DNA of 63,583 nt, filler included, from Octopus bimaculoides (Eukaryota): the NCBI RefSeq assembly GCF_001194135.2. It is 8 parts of 8 records of this genome, joined end to end, with 100 filler letters (N's around TTAATTAATTAA, not from the genome) between each part and the next. Parts side by side here need not be neighbours in the genome. Positions count along the whole stretch, not along the records: positions 6,864 to 16,071 come from NC_068999.1; positions 16,172 to 21,382 come from NC_069006.1; positions 21,483 to 26,648 come from NC_068987.1; positions 26,749 to 47,411 come from NC_068990.1; 4 more parts are not named here. One strand, written 5' to 3'. The notes beneath the pieces were generated by a model. That model saw nothing but the letters and a program-made list of their open reading frames with translations, had not been told where the DNA came from and did not search any database. Of the stretch, positions 13,905-28,261 are shown piece after piece (position 1 is the stretch's first letter; every line of letters starts with the position of its first letter). The position numbers and the translations under genes were made by a program.

Positions 13905-14500
13905 ATAAAGAAACATTGATTATAAAACAAACATCAAATTCGAGTCAACGACTTTACGTAATACCGCACCTCAAGCATTTGATCATAAATAAATATTTCC
14001 ATGGGTCTTAAACATAAAATTATACATATACATAAAAACACAGAAGGTAAAAATATATATGCGAATAAAATACAAATATACAGAACGACCTATCAAAAAG
14101 GTAAATATATTCCTCATGGACTCTAACCTACCATGGTATTAACAATTGAAGTTTTTGGACGTAATCTTGTGTGAGGGGAGTATAAAAAAGTTTTTTTTTT
14201 AATATTTTTAGTCGAATGATATTTTGTTTCATCTTAGTTTATTTAGTTTTTAGCAGCATGACACGATTTAGAATTTTTATGAATTTTTAGTCGTTTATAT
14301 TTACCTTTTTGATAGGCCGATCTATATATTAGTATTTTATTCGCATATACATTTTTACCTGCTGTGTTTTTACGTATATGTATATTTTTATATGTTTAAG
14401 AACATATAAAACATATATGATCAAATGTTTGAGGTATGGCGTTATATATAAAGTCGTTGACTCGAATTTGATGTTTGTTCTGTGATCAATGTATCTTTAT
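13905..14500. repeat. Foldback/MITE-like long inverted repeat (~200-bp arms, ~190-bp spacer)
   Basis: Arms ~13905-14109 and ~14296-14500 are reverse-complementary, including a perfect 31-bp match (13926-13956 vs 14449-14479). Confidence 0.8.
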
Positions 14501-15285
14501 CTTCGTCGCATTTACATTTCAGCACTTCTTTTTTGCAGTCCTATAAACACTTTTGTGTCCATAAAAGAAACAAAAATTATTTCTTGTCACAATATGTATA
14601 TACATATGTATATATAGGCGCAGGAGTGGATATGTTGAAAGTAGCTAAGTAGCTTGCTTACCAACCACATGCTTCCGGGTTCATTTCCACTGCTTGGTAC
14701 CTTGGCCAAGTGTCTTCTGCTATAGCCTCTGGCCGACCAAAGACTTGTGAGTGGATTTGGTAGACGGAAATCGAAAGAAGCCGGTCGTATATATGTATAC
14801 ATATATATNNNNNNNNNNNNNNNNNNNNNNNNNNNNNNNNNNNNNNNNNNNNNNNNNNNNNNNNNNNNNNNNNNNNNNNNNNNNNNNNNNNNNNNNNNNN
14901 NNNNNNNNNNNNNNNNNNNNNNNNNNNNNNNNNNNNNNNNNNNNNNNNNNNNNNNNNNNNNNNNNNNNNNNNNNNNNNNNNNNNNNNNNNNNNNNNNNNN
15001 NNNNNNNNNNNNNNNNNNNNNNNNNNNNNNNNNNNNNNNNNNNNNNNNNNNNNNNNNNNNNNNNNNNNNNNNNNNNNNNNNNNNNNNNNNNNNNNNNNNN
15101 NNNNNNNNNNNNNNNNNNNNNNNNNNNNNNNNNNNNNNNNNNNNNNNNNNNNNNNNNNNNNNNNNNNNNNNNNNNNNNNNNNNNNNNNNNNNNNNNNNNN
15201 NNNNNNNNNNNNNNNNNNNNNNNNNNNNNNNNNNNNNNNNNNNNNNNTATATATATACGTACATACATACACATGCAAATTGATT

Positions 15286-15341
<56 letters not shown>

Positions 15342-15985
15342 GATAGATAGATAGACAGACAGATTTATATTAACATGCCAGCGCGTATTCCCACACACTC
15401 ACAGAACGACTAATCTTAATATTGTGTCTATAGAGACAGGATTACATGTTTCAAAAACATTGTGATGGACAGTTCTAATGGCATACTTCCATACTTCCTC
15501 TAAATACGTAGATATGCGACTTTGATAACATAACCGTAACACACACGTAATTTATCGCTAAGATGTGTAACGGTTCTTTTCAGTATTTATATAACTGATA
15601 TCTGGAGAAGTGATATCTGATATCCAGGCGTATACTATCCAAATAGCATTCAACTTTTATCTCAACTTCTTCTGTCTTTCTCTGCTGTTGTTACTGTTAT
15701 TGCAGTTCCTGTTGTTTTTGATATATTATTAAATAACTGAATGCACAGAAAATGTTTCTCATTGTACAAACTCCACACCCACACACACACACACACACAC
15801 ATACACATACACATACACACACCAGTATCAGTTGTCAAGCGATGGAGGGGAACACACACAGACACGCACACACTTAAACACACACACACATAAACACACA
15901 CACATGTATATATAGATACACATACACATACGCACGCGCGCACGTACACATATATACATAAATATATGTATATATATATATATAC

Positions 15986-16047
<62 letters not shown>

Positions 16048-16171
16048 ATGTATCCATACAAATATGTGTATNNNNNNNNNNNNNNNNNNNNNNNNNNNNN
16101 NNNNNNNNNNNNNNNTTAATTAATTAANNNNNNNNNNNNNNNNNNNNNNNNNNNNNNNNNNNNNNNNNNNN

Positions 16172-16214
<43 letters not shown>

Positions 16215-16554
16215 TGTGTGTGTGTATATATATTATATGTGTGTGTGTGTGTGTATATATATATTATATGTGTGTGTGTGTGTGTACCATATTTCAGTGT
16301 GTGTGTGTGTGTGTTGCACACACACACACACATATGTATATACAAGTATTATACATTGTACATTTGAATTCTTGTGATATATATANNNNNNNNNNCACAC
16401 ACACACACACACACACATTATATATATATAAACATCTACTTGTAAACACATTGTATATTGCCACTCTACATAAGTACAGATACACAGCTGCACAATGTAG
16501 ACAACACACACCAAAACATACTGACACACATTACATAAATGTATATACATACAT

Positions 16555-16601
<47 letters not shown>

Positions 16602-16613
16602 GATCAATGTTAT

Positions 16614-16652
<39 letters not shown>

Positions 16653-16857
16653 TCCATATATAGTGTAAATGTTTCCTTAGTGAAGTGGACGTTCATCAGG
16701 GTGTTGAATAAAGTAGGACAAAAGCAATGCTGAGCTCTGAATCCATTTCACTGTCTATGCTAATTCTAGCCAGCCTCTTTTGTCAGTCGATAAAGCGGTA
16801 GCCATCATACCAGCTCCGTGGTTTGCATTCAACATCATTGCCGACAACAGCATCAAA

Positions 16858-16893
<36 letters not shown>

Positions 16894-17293
16894 ATCAACA
16901 TTGGAATTACTTACTTATCATTTAATCATCTTCGTCTTCATATTAGTCCATTATCATCATCATCAAAATCATCACCAGTTTTTGTCATCTGCAACCAAGT
17001 CATCATCATTGTAATTATGAAATATTGTATTCTAGATCCCACATTTATTGTCTGTGTGTGTGTGTGTAATAATAATGATGATGATATTTCTCTATCTCTC
17101 AGCCTGCCTATGCAGGTTTCTATCTATCTGTGTATGTACATATGTATATTTATATTAGGTTTGAATTTATTTATACATGTATGTGTGTATATGTGTGTGT
17201 GTGTATGTATGTGTATGTATATATGTGTGTGTATATATATATGTCTGTGTGTGTGTATATATATGTCTGTGTGTGTGTGTATATATATATGTC

Positions 17294-17326
<33 letters not shown>

Positions 17327-20300
17327 ATATATNNNNNNNNNNNNNNNNNNNNNNNNNNNNNNNNNNNNNNNNNNNNNNNNNNNNNATATATATATATATA
17401 TATAAATTACAGACATTATTACAATACAATAGTATTATTTGCCAGCAAAATAACGCACCATAAAGGTAGGATTACAAATAGGAAATAGTGTCACATATTT
17501 CTACCTGTCTTTCTTAACTGTCTCCCTATCTGTCAATCTTACTATCTATATCACCTTTTGTCTCTTCATGTTTACATTTGTCCACATTCCCTTCAATAAT
17601 TGTTTATGTTCACATCTGTCACTCACCCTATCTATCTACCTAGCCCTTTCTACACCACTTCTAGCCCTAAAATTTTCCCCTCTGGCAACCTGTGTTATCA
17701 TCATCATCATCATCATCATCCCTGCTTTATTTACTGCTTTTAAGAATAAATGCAACAACTTGTCTTGGACATATTTTTACTCTGTGTACAAATCTACTGA
17801 CAATCTTTATAAATGTTGCTTATGATCCAAGAGAGAGAGAGAGAGAGACTGAATATTTATTATTGACTGAGAGATGGAAAGATAGACAAGAACTTTTCCA
17901 TCTACTTCGAAAATCTTGTTTTATGTGCATGCAGTTTATCCACAGGCATATGCATGTGTATGTATGCCTATATGTATATATACATGCATTTTGTGTGTGT
18001 GTGCGTATAAACGTTACTTCATTTAGTGTTTTGTGTTTTGTAATACATCTTCAAAATTTGGTGTAATGTTGATATTAAAATAAGTAGTGTGCATGCTTTA
18101 TTGGACAGTGATCCTCTTGATTATTTAAGATCAATTACACACACACACACACATCTGCTTTCCATGTAGGCATGTGTTCAAGGATTGCCACAGTACAAAT
18201 TTCTTATTGCCTTTCTAAATAGGCAAAAACACTTTATTTTCAATTGTTTGGTGTGGTTTCTTCAACAGGATAACCTTCTTAAAATAAGGGCCTTGGAGTG
18301 TACTAGGTATTATCATTTCCTTGACACAATTGAAGTGTCCTTCTCTAAATGCATGATGCTTCTGTTAATCACTTTACACATTGTTTTAGGTGCATTTTAT
18401 TACATTGCCAGTACTAGGGATGTTGCCTTGTTTGCTGCAAGACTAAAGTTAGCTCTCTACTCAACATTGTCTTAGTACAACAAAGCAAATGTTTACCAAA
18501 AGGGTGGAAAGAAGAGCAATGATAGAGAGGGAACCAAAATGAGTGTGTGAAAGGAAAAGGAGTATGAACACAATGGAAAAAAAGTAAGACGGTGATAGGC
18601 AGTTACATCTTGGTTGTTGGTGTGGAAGTTGAATCAAGGAAAAACAGCTGAAGTGACGGGATAGGAGGAAGAGGAAGTGATAGGGGTTGGCCAAGGTGAT
18701 AGAAGATGGAGTAATGGAAGTGAAGGAAAGTGATGAATATTGACAATGTATGACAGAGAAGGGATTATTCAGAGAGAGATGAATTCAAGGAGAGATGTGA
18801 TGCTCTTTATGAATATTGATAATAGGGCTCAGGGGAGCATGCATGCTAAATACACGCATACACAAACCTATACATGTAAATGTGATTTATGAAGTAAAAT
18901 GGATCTCTGTTGGTTTTGCTAATGAATATTCACTTATTCAATTAAGAGCTACCTGCTCAATGCATTAGGGTGAAAGTGGCTGAGTATTCCATATGTATGT
19001 GTACCCTCATCATAATTCTAAGGTGGAATCAGTATGACTGAGCTGGATATTCTGATTACAGGTGCAATGCAAAACCATGAGCTTCCACACAGTTTTTGTC
19101 TACTGAATTTTAGTCACAAGACTTGGGATTAGAACTGAGACTGTGGTCAAATACACATATACTGGAGTGTCATCCCCTAATGTAGCAACCATGTCAGCCC
19201 CCCCCCCCCCCNNNNNNNNNNNNNNNNTGGAGCTACACCCTTTTCTTGCAGGTTCTTGATAACACCATAATAACAAATTTTGTTGATTTTCAAGAGAAGT
19301 TGCTACTAGTTAAATTTGAAGTCTTCTTTGAGTAGTGAGATGTCAGTTTACCTGAGGGAAAAAAACAAAAAAACAAAACAAAAGCATCACTCCTGCATAG
19401 TCAGCTTATGAACTTTTCAGCCCACCCTCGTACTGCCCAAGATGTTTAGATGTCATGCTGTGGGATTTAACCTGGGACTCTGTAGTAACAAACCAATATG
19501 TGTGTGTGTGAACATCATTTTTAGTTCCATTTTTTCTATGTTTGCATCGGTCAGATGTGTGTGTGTATTTGTCTTGTTTTTCAGCATGCCTTGACTGTTC
19601 AACTCAGACATGTTTTTCTTCTTTCCTTCTTTTCTCTCTCTATCTATCCTTTCCGTAGAAGAAGCCTAGGCTCAAGACATTAAAAACTTCTTCCATTTTT
19701 CCTGAGCATCACCCTAGTACAATATTTGTTGTCCTTTCATCTCATCTTTGTGTTTTCATTTTTGGATTATATATATGTTCATCTTATATACTCATATGTA
19801 TATTCTGTGCCAGTAACACAAAATGGTTGGCATTAAGAAATACATGCAGCTGTAGAAACCAAGCCAAACAAGACAACTGGAGCCTGGTGCAGCTTACCAG
19901 CTCCAGTCAAACCATCCAGTATGGGAAACAAATGTTAAATGATGATGATAAATATATGTCTTTTTTATTTTTTATTTGGTTCACTTATTGGACTGCAGCC
20001 ATACCTTCAAGGGTTTAGCTGAACAAATCAACTCCAGTACTTATTCTATCAACCTTTTTCGCTGAACTACTAAGTTACAGAGACATAAACAAGCCAACCC
20101 TTATTGTTGAGTAGTGGTGGAGGACAAAAAGCACACACATGCAGGTATATACACTTAAATATACGATGGGCTTCTTTCTGTTTCCATCTTCCAAATCCGC
20201 TCTCAGAGTGTCACATAGTGAGACTCAAGCCATGTGGTTGAGAATCAAACTTCTTAGCTCACAGCCATGTCTGCACCTATATATATATATACACACACAC

Positions 20301-20535
20301 ACAGAGTCTGACATAATTTTAAGCTTGCTCACACATTCATGCACATACGCTTGCCTCCTTTCATATGTACACACTCACACACCCCATTGTTACATACACA
20401 CACGTGCTTGTGCACCCCAGTTCAACCGAGTTACTGTTATATCTCCATCATTCAGCCTCCTTCTTCTGGTCACTTCCTGTTAAACTGGTAATCTCAACAT
20501 TTTTTCTCTCTTTGTCCATCCCCCGCCTCTCATCC

Positions 20536-20571
20536 CTTTCTGTCGAAGAGCGTAGACTTGAAACGTCAAAG
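20536..20571 (+). ncRNA. Minimal hammerhead-like motif, family B (core CUGUCGA)
   Basis: CUUU-CUGUCGA-A-GAGC(GUAG)ACUU-GAA-ACGU-C-AAAG. Stem I CUUU/AAAG, ACGU palindrome and UC site are intact; stem II has one mismatch and one G-U pair. Confidence 0.5.
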
Positions 20572-20711
20572 ACTTTTCCATTCTTCCTAAGCGTCAAACT
20601 AATATACCTGCTTGTTGTTCCCTCACGTGTCTTCGTTTTTTGTTTACTGTACATTTGAAACTCACACACACACACACACACTATATATATATATATATAT
20701 ATATGTGTGTA

Positions 20712-20745
<34 letters not shown>

Positions 20746-22774
20746 AAAAGTGTTTTTTATTGTTTTTTCGTGAGGTGGGTATGGTCTATGAGTGAGTGCC
20801 TGGGCACATTCTGGATTGGCAAATAATTGGTTGTAGTTATATGAGTGTGGTAGAGACAGCTGACAGAAAAGTGGTTGGAGAGAGAGAGAGAAAATTTAGG
20901 TGAAGGCTACATTCGGAAAAGAAGTGGAGGTATTTTGAAAGAAATGGATTTTTTTTTTTTCATTTTACTTGTCCAGGTCAGCGACCGCGGAAAGCAGCTA
21001 GTCATTGTTAGTATTCGTATATACAGCTTTACACGCGCGCTCTCTCTCTCTCTCATACACACACATATACACATACACACACACACACACTCTTTTATAT
21101 TATGAATAATGACAGTTATTTATAAGTTTTGGCGTGTTATATCAATTAGGTTGATACATTTTTATATATGCACTTACGTTATATATATATGTATACACAC
21201 GTAAATACATATACTTGTGTGTGTATGTTGTATGCATGTATATATTCATATATATATATATATATATAATGAACACACTTTTTATAACGTTTTAGTGACA
21301 GTTGTAAGTTTCACCGCTGAAACTCAATCACTGTTTCTTAACATTCATTTAGACAAAACGTTTATATATATATATATATATANNNNNNNNNNNNNNNNNN
21401 NNNNNNNNNNNNNNNNNNNNNNNNNNTTAATTAATTAANNNNNNNNNNNNNNNNNNNNNNNNNNNNNNNNNNNNNNNNNNNNATATACGTGTGTGTATGT
21501 GTGTGGACACACATGCTTCTGTACAAATATCTTATACAATTATATACCTAATTACATAAGTTATATATGTATATACGTATGTATTTATGCATATATGTGT
21601 GTGAGTGTGTGTATATGTGTGTGGATATGTTAAAAAATACGGTTATCATTTCAAAGCAAGTTCAAGAATTTCTACGGAACATTTACTGAATAGGCTCTCT
21701 CTCTCTCTCTCTGTCTGTCTGTCTGTCTCTTTGTCTTGTCTATGTCTCTGACTCTCTCCCTTTGTCTCTCTCTCACGCACACACATGCATGCTAGCCCNN
21801 NNNNNNNNNNNNNNNNNNNNNNNNNNNNNNNNNNNNNNNNNNNNNNNNNNNNNNNNNNNNNNNNNNNNNNNNNNNNNNNNNNNNNNNNNNNNNNNNNNNN
21901 NNNNNNNNNNNNNNNNNNNNNNNNNNNNNNNNNNNNNNNNNNNNNNNNNNNNNNNNNNNNNNNNNNNNNNNNNNNNNNNNNNNNNNNNNNNNNNNNNNNN
22001 NNNNNNNNNNNNNNNNNNNNNNNNNNNNNNNNNNNNNNNNNNNNNNNNNNNNNNNNNNNNNNNNNNNNNNNNNNNNNNNNNNNNNNNNNNNNNNNNNNNN
22101 NNNNNNNNNNNNNNNNNNNNNNNNNNNNNNNNNNNNNNNNNNNNNNTATGTGTGTAAGTGCAAATGTGAGTGTAAATTTGGAATAGTGGCTACAGAGATT
22201 TAAATCTCTATAACATTATTTCTTCGACAAGGTGGCCGGCTGGCAGAATTTTTGGCACATCAGGCAAAATGTCCAGAGGAAGTTCGCCCGTCTCGACGTT
22301 CTGAGTTCAAATTTCGGTGAGGCCAATTTTGCCTTTCATCTTTTCAGGGTTCAATAAAATGTGTACCAGTCGACAAAACCTCTCCCCTAAAATTGCTGGC
22401 CTTGTACCAAAAGTTTGAAATCAGTGTTATTCCACTCAGCAAGGCGGCGAACTAGCAGAATCGTAAATGTATCGGGGAAAATGTTTAGCGGAATTTAACC
22501 TGTCTTGACATTCTGAGTTCAGATTCGACTGGACGAGGTCGACTTTGCCTTTTGTCATTCTGGGGGTTGATAAAATAAATACTAGTCAAGTACAGAAGTC
22601 GATGTGATCAAATAGCACCCTCCCCCCAAATTTCAAGCCTTGTGTCTATAGTTGAAAGCAATATTATTCCTCCCAACACTGCTTATTTCTCTTCAGTACA
22701 CTAGTGTCTTAGTACCGGGTGTTATATATTGTATTTCTGTCTGTATGTCTATCTGTCTTTCTTTCTACACACGC

Positions 22775-22824
<50 letters not shown>

Positions 22825-22889
22825 GAGAGAGAGAGAGAGAGAGAGAAGGGGGAAATACGTAGGGTAGATATGCATATGTATGTGTGCAC

Positions 22890-23211
22890 GCGAGTGTATG
22901 TGTATGTATGTACAGACACATCTGCACATCTTTGTGTGTTTTTGCTCTTCATCATCATCACCATCTTCGTGGTGTTAGTGGCTATGACGCTTATTATAGT
23001 GCTTGTGGTGGTGTTTGTTTTGGTGGTATTGGCGGTGGTACTTGTGGTGGTGGTGGTGTTGGAGTGGCGATGGATATAACGGAATTGTTGATGTTGTTGC
23101 TGACGATGATGGTAGTACCGGTGATTGAGGTAGTGGTGATGGTTGCTGCATTGGTGGTGTTGGTAGTGACGTAGTTGTGTGATAGTTGTACTCATTGCAG
23201 GTGACACAGCT

Positions 23212-23279
<68 letters not shown>

Positions 23280-23870
23280 TGTTATGGTAGTAATGACAAT
23301 ATTGGTCTTTTCTACTCTAGGCACAAGGCACGAAATTTTTGGGGAGGAGGCCAGTCGATTAGATCGACCACAATACGCAACTGGTACTTAATTTATCGAC
23401 CCCGAAAGGATGAAAGGCAAAGTCGACCTCGNNNNNNNNNNTTAATTTATCGACCCCGAAAGGATGAAAGGCAAAGTCGACCTCGGCGGAATTTGGACTC
23501 AGAACGTAAAGACAGACGAAATACCGCTAAACATTTCGCTCAGCGTCCAAACGTTTCTGCCAGTTCGCCGCCTTATAATGGCAATATTGTTGATGGTGGT
23601 ATTGGTGGTAAAACTGACGGTGCCAATAGTAGTGGTTATAATGCTAGTTGTAGCGGTGGTCGTAGTGGTTGAGGTATTTGTGTGCTGGTGGTGGTAATGG
23701 CGGTGATGGTTTCGCAGTTGTAGCTATAGTCAAAATGGCTGTGGTAGTTATGAGAGTGGTGGTTATAGTGATAGCTTTGTGGTTGTGGAAGTAAAGGACG
23801 ATAATGGAGGTGTTGGTGTTGTTGTTGGCGGTAGCGGTGGTGGTGATGGTGGTGGTGGGTGGCGATGNNN
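22890..23870. repeat. Degenerate trinucleotide low-complexity region (GGT/GTT/GAT) with a pure (TAG)n tract at ~23213-23276
   Basis: Visible triplet periodicity; the Val/His/Thr-rich ORFs here are read-throughs of the repeat. Confidence 0.85.
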
Positions 23871-24022
23871 NNNNNNNNNNNNNNNNNNNNNNNNNNNNNN
23901 NNNNNNNNNNNNNNNNNNNNNNNNNNNNNNNNNNNNNNNNNNNNNNNNNNNNNNNNNNNNNNNNNNNNNNNNNNNNNNNNNNNNNNNNNNNNNNNNNNNN
24001 NNNNNNNNNNNNNNNNNNNNNN

Positions 24023-24077
<55 letters not shown>

Positions 24078-24644
24078 TGTAGATTCAGACACACACACAC
24101 ACGCACAAATAAGCACACACAAAACACTTACACACATATTGTTACCCACAAAACATTGGTAATTTCGTTTATTCTATTTGCCTAAATAAAGGTGCGTGTT
24201 TGTTTGATGAAAGCGACGCTAGGTGAGTGGTGGTTGAAACGGTGGAGAGTCTATTCAAAATATGTCTACATTCAACATAGGATGGTTACGTCCAGCATAT
24301 TTAAGAGAAAATAAATACCACATTCTCTGTTATGAATGTTGTAATTGTTGTTGTTATTGGTGTTGATTTTCAGCTATAATTTGGTCTAACAATTGCTATG
24401 ATGAATTCCATTCCAGAGATGACGATCCTGTCTGTATTTTTAGGACAGTCTGCAAATGACTATTTTATGCAATGTGTTATGTTTTTCATCCTGTAAGAGG
24501 AAGTGGCTTGAGTGAGATTTCGTTGCAATCTCCAACAGGTTCGCCCTCGATATTCATATTCCTTTAATTCATCCGGCTTGATTAGAACAATTTTAATGTG
24601 CATGTATACATACATACATACATACATACATACATACATACATT

Positions 24645-24820
24645 GTTGTTGGCACTCCGTCGCTTACGACGTCGAGGGTTCCAGTTGATCCGATCAACGG
24701 AACAGCCTGCTCGTGAAATTAACGTGCAAGTGGCTGAGCACTCCACAGACACGTGTACCCTTAACGTAGTTCTCGAGGATATTCAGCGTAACACAGTGTG
24801 ACAAGGCTGACCCTTTGAAT
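24645..24820 (-). mobile_element. SINE-like repeat family 4, 3' part with short (CAA)n tail
   Basis: Minus strand ends ...CCTCGACGTCGTAAGCGACGGAGTGCCAACAACAA; a decayed copy of the CAAGTGGCTGAGCACTCCACAGACACGTGTACCCT core lies at ~18950-19090. Confidence 0.6.
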
Positions 24821-26182
24821 NNNNNNNNNNNNNNNNNNNNNNNNNNNNNNNNNNNNNNNNNNNNNNNNNNNNNNNNNNNNNNNNNNNNNNNNNNNNNNNN
24901 NNNNNNNNNNNNNNNNNNNNNNNNNNNNNNNNNNNNNNNNNNNNNNNNNNNNNNNNNNNNNNNNNNNNNNNNNNNNNNNNNNNNNNNNNNNNNNNNNNNN
25001 NNNNNNNNNNNNNNNNNNNNNNNNNNNNNNNNNNNNNNNNNNNNNNNNNNNNNNNNNNNNNNNNNNNNNNNNNNNNNNNNNNNNNNNNNNNNNNNNNNNN
25101 NNNNNNNNNNNNNNNNNNNNNNNNNNNNNNNNNNNNNNNNNNNNNNNNNNNNNNNNNNNNNNNNNNNNNNNNNNNNNNNNNNNNNNNNNNNNNNNNNNNN
25201 NNNNNNNNNNNNNNNNNNNNNNNNNNNNNNNNNNNNNNNNNNNNNNNNNNNNNNNNNNNNNNNNNNNNNNNNNNNNNNNNNNNNNNNNNNNNNNNNNNNN
25301 NNNNNNNNNNNNNNNNNNNNNNNNNNNNNNNNNNNNNNNNNNNNNNNNNNNNNNNNNNNNNNNNNNNNNNNNNNNNNNNNNNNNNNNNNNNNNNNNNNNN
25401 NNNNNNNNNNNNNNNNNNNNNNNNNNNNNNNNNNNNNNNNNNNNNNNNNNNNNNNNNNNNNNNNNNNNNNNNNNNNNNNNNNNNNNNNNNNNNNNNNNNN
25501 NNNNNNNNNNNNNNNNNNNNNNNNNNNNNNNNNNNNNNNNNNNNNNNNNNNNNNNNNNNNNNNNNNNNNNNNNNNNNNNNNNNNNNNNNNNNNNNNNNNN
25601 NNNNNNNNNNNNNNNNNNNNNNNNNNNNNNNNNNNNNNNNNNNNNNNNNNNNNNNNNNNNNNNNNNNNNNNNNNNNNNNNNNNNNNNNNNNNNNNNNNNN
25701 NNNNNNNNNNNNNNNNNNNNNNNNNNNNNNNNNNNNNNNNNNNNNNNNNNNNNNNNNNNNNNNNNNNNNNNNNNNNNNNNNNNNNNNTTTTCTTGGCCGT
25801 TGAACTCAAAACTGGGGGGTTTTTTTTGTTTTGTTTCGGTTGTAATATGTAACCATTTAAACAAGCCCAACATGACGTAGGTATAAAATTATCGTTAACT
25901 CAAGTATCCACAGCAAATATCCTCGTGTATTAATGGTTGCATACATCACTACATAATACAGCAATGATGAAATGATTGTAAATCAATGAAATAAAAGGAC
26001 TTGCCCACTCCATTCTCCTTGGTGAACAGTGTAAAATTTTCGTTACGTCAACGACTATTGAAATGATGACAAGATGCAACGAAAATTTTAGTAAAAATAA
26101 GTAAATGAGTGGAAATCAGACAAGTGAGTACGTTAAATTAATAAGGCACTAAAAGAGAATGACCCTCCCCAGACACAATAAT

Positions 26183-26223
<41 letters not shown>

Positions 26224-26748
26224 CTAGGGATTTTAGCTGTTCCTTCTAGCGTGCAAGGGACCCTATGACGGATACCTCTTATGTATTTAAATGTACACTG
26301 TATTTATATGAACAATATATAGTCTATTGACTAAATTATTTTTACACGCTAGGCCACTGGTAGTAGAAATTTCTAATATTTCTTATTACCCTTGATATTA
26401 TTAATTATATACTCTTTACTCTTTTACTCTTTTACTTGTTTCAGTCATTTGACTGCGGCCATGCTGGAGCACCGCCTTTAGTCGAGCAAATCGACCCCAG
26501 GACTTATTCTTTGGAAGCCTAGTACGTATTCTATCGGTCTCTTTTGCCGAACCGCTAAGTTACGGGGACGTAAACACACCAGCATCGGTTGTCAAGCGAT
26601 GTTGGGGGGACAAACACAGACACACAAACATACACACACACACACACANNNNNNNNNNNNNNNNNNNNNNNNNNNNNNNNNNNNNNNNNNNNTTAATTAA
26701 TTAANNNNNNNNNNNNNNNNNNNNNNNNNNNNNNNNNNNNNNNNNNNN

Positions 26749-26795
<47 letters not shown>

Positions 26796-26864
26796 AATTC
26801 TTTTATTTGTTTCAGTCATTGCAACCATGCTGGAGCACACCCACTCCTACATATATAATCTATG

Positions 26865-26901
<37 letters not shown>

Positions 26902-27044
26902 AACACATATATCATTAACAATTTTTAAGTAGAATCAGTATAATACAGTGTGAGATAAGGTTAGACATTCACATAACAGCCAACAAGCTCCTCAAGTTTT
27001 TGTCTACTTAATGTCACTCATAAGGCCTGGGTCAATCCAACATT

Positions 27045-27300
27045 ATGGTGAACTACATAAGGCCATGGTTGGATGGGACATACCGCCATAGAAACCTGTT
27101 TCCAACATTACAAGGTAAAAGCCTCTGACAGACACCCCAAGGTAGCACAGCAGACCAAAAACAACATGGATAAGGTCCACAGAAACTGAAGCACTGACTG
27201 CAACTGGGGACAACTGACAATTGCAATCCATTGCCAAAGAGATATCTTCTTGGCACGCTATGCTCCACATAGAGCCAAAGGAATTAAATAAATAATAAAA
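27045..27300 (+). mobile_element. Decayed RTE-type LINE 3' end
   Basis: WMGHTA..RPKTTWIRSTETEAL..LCST* resembles the RTE C-terminus (WLGHV..GRPKTTWRRTVE..ALCS); followed by an A-rich tail. Confidence 0.5.
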
Positions 27301-28261
27301 ATTCCATGCTGGGCGATGAAACCCAGGACCTTATGTTTACAAAGCAAACTTTTAAACTATTTGATCATATTGCTTCATCATGCTTTATAGGATATACACA
27401 TGTTTCAGCAAAATGCCAAAGGTGATGTGCATGGTCACATAATATTTCTACTACTGTCATACAATTATTTCAACATGTGTATGTTCTATAAACCATTGAA
27501 TACCACACTTGTTTTCTGCTTATGTTTTCTATTATTTGGCGCATACACCACATGCTAGCCTATTCCAAAGTTGACACCCTGCATCATACTACACTGGATA
27601 CAGGAATGAGAGTGCAGAAAGCCACTACTGAGCCAGCTTTTTGGTAGCATGTTGCACTTTACTGTACCCCCTTATTTATATATATATATATATNNNNNNN
27701 NNNNNNNNNNNNNNNNNNNNNNNNNNNNNNNNNNNNNNNNNNNNNNNNNNNNNNNNNNNNNNNNNNNNNNNNNNNNNNNNNNNNNNNNNNNNNNNNNNNN
27801 NNNNNNNNNNNNNNNNNNNNNNNNNNNNNNNNNNNNNNNNNNNNNNNNNNNNNNNNNNNNNNNNNNNNNNNNNNNNNNNNNNNNNNNNNNNNNNNNNNNN
27901 NNNNNNNNNNNNNNNNNNNNNNNNNNNNNNNNNNNNNNNNNNNNNNNNNNNNNNNNNNNNNNNNNNNNNNNNNNNNNNNNNNNNNNNNNNNNNNNNNNNN
28001 NNNNNNNNNNNNNNNNNNNNNNNNNNNNNNNNNNNNNNNNNNNNNNNNNNNNNNNNNNNNNNNNNNNNNNNNNNNNNNNNNNNNNNNNNNNNNNNNNNNN
28101 NNNNNNNNNNNNNNNNNNNNNNNNNNNNNNNNNNNNNNNNNNNNNNNNNNNNNNNNNNNNNNNNNNNNNNNNNNNNNNNNNNNNNNNNNNNNNNNNNNNN
28201 NNNNNNNNNNNNNNNNNNNNNNNNNNNNNNNNNNNNNNNNNNNNNNNNNNTATTTTGCTTA

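Noticed and set aside
18450-18830. Purine-rich blocks (also ~29940-30330, 31290-31830; pyrimidine-rich counterpart ~41900-42500) resembling very old LINE debris
   Set aside because: No motif could be aligned confidently enough to classify them.
19197-19211. Poly-C run (G-quadruplex potential on the minus strand)
   Set aside because: Ends in a gap; the length and context are unreliable.
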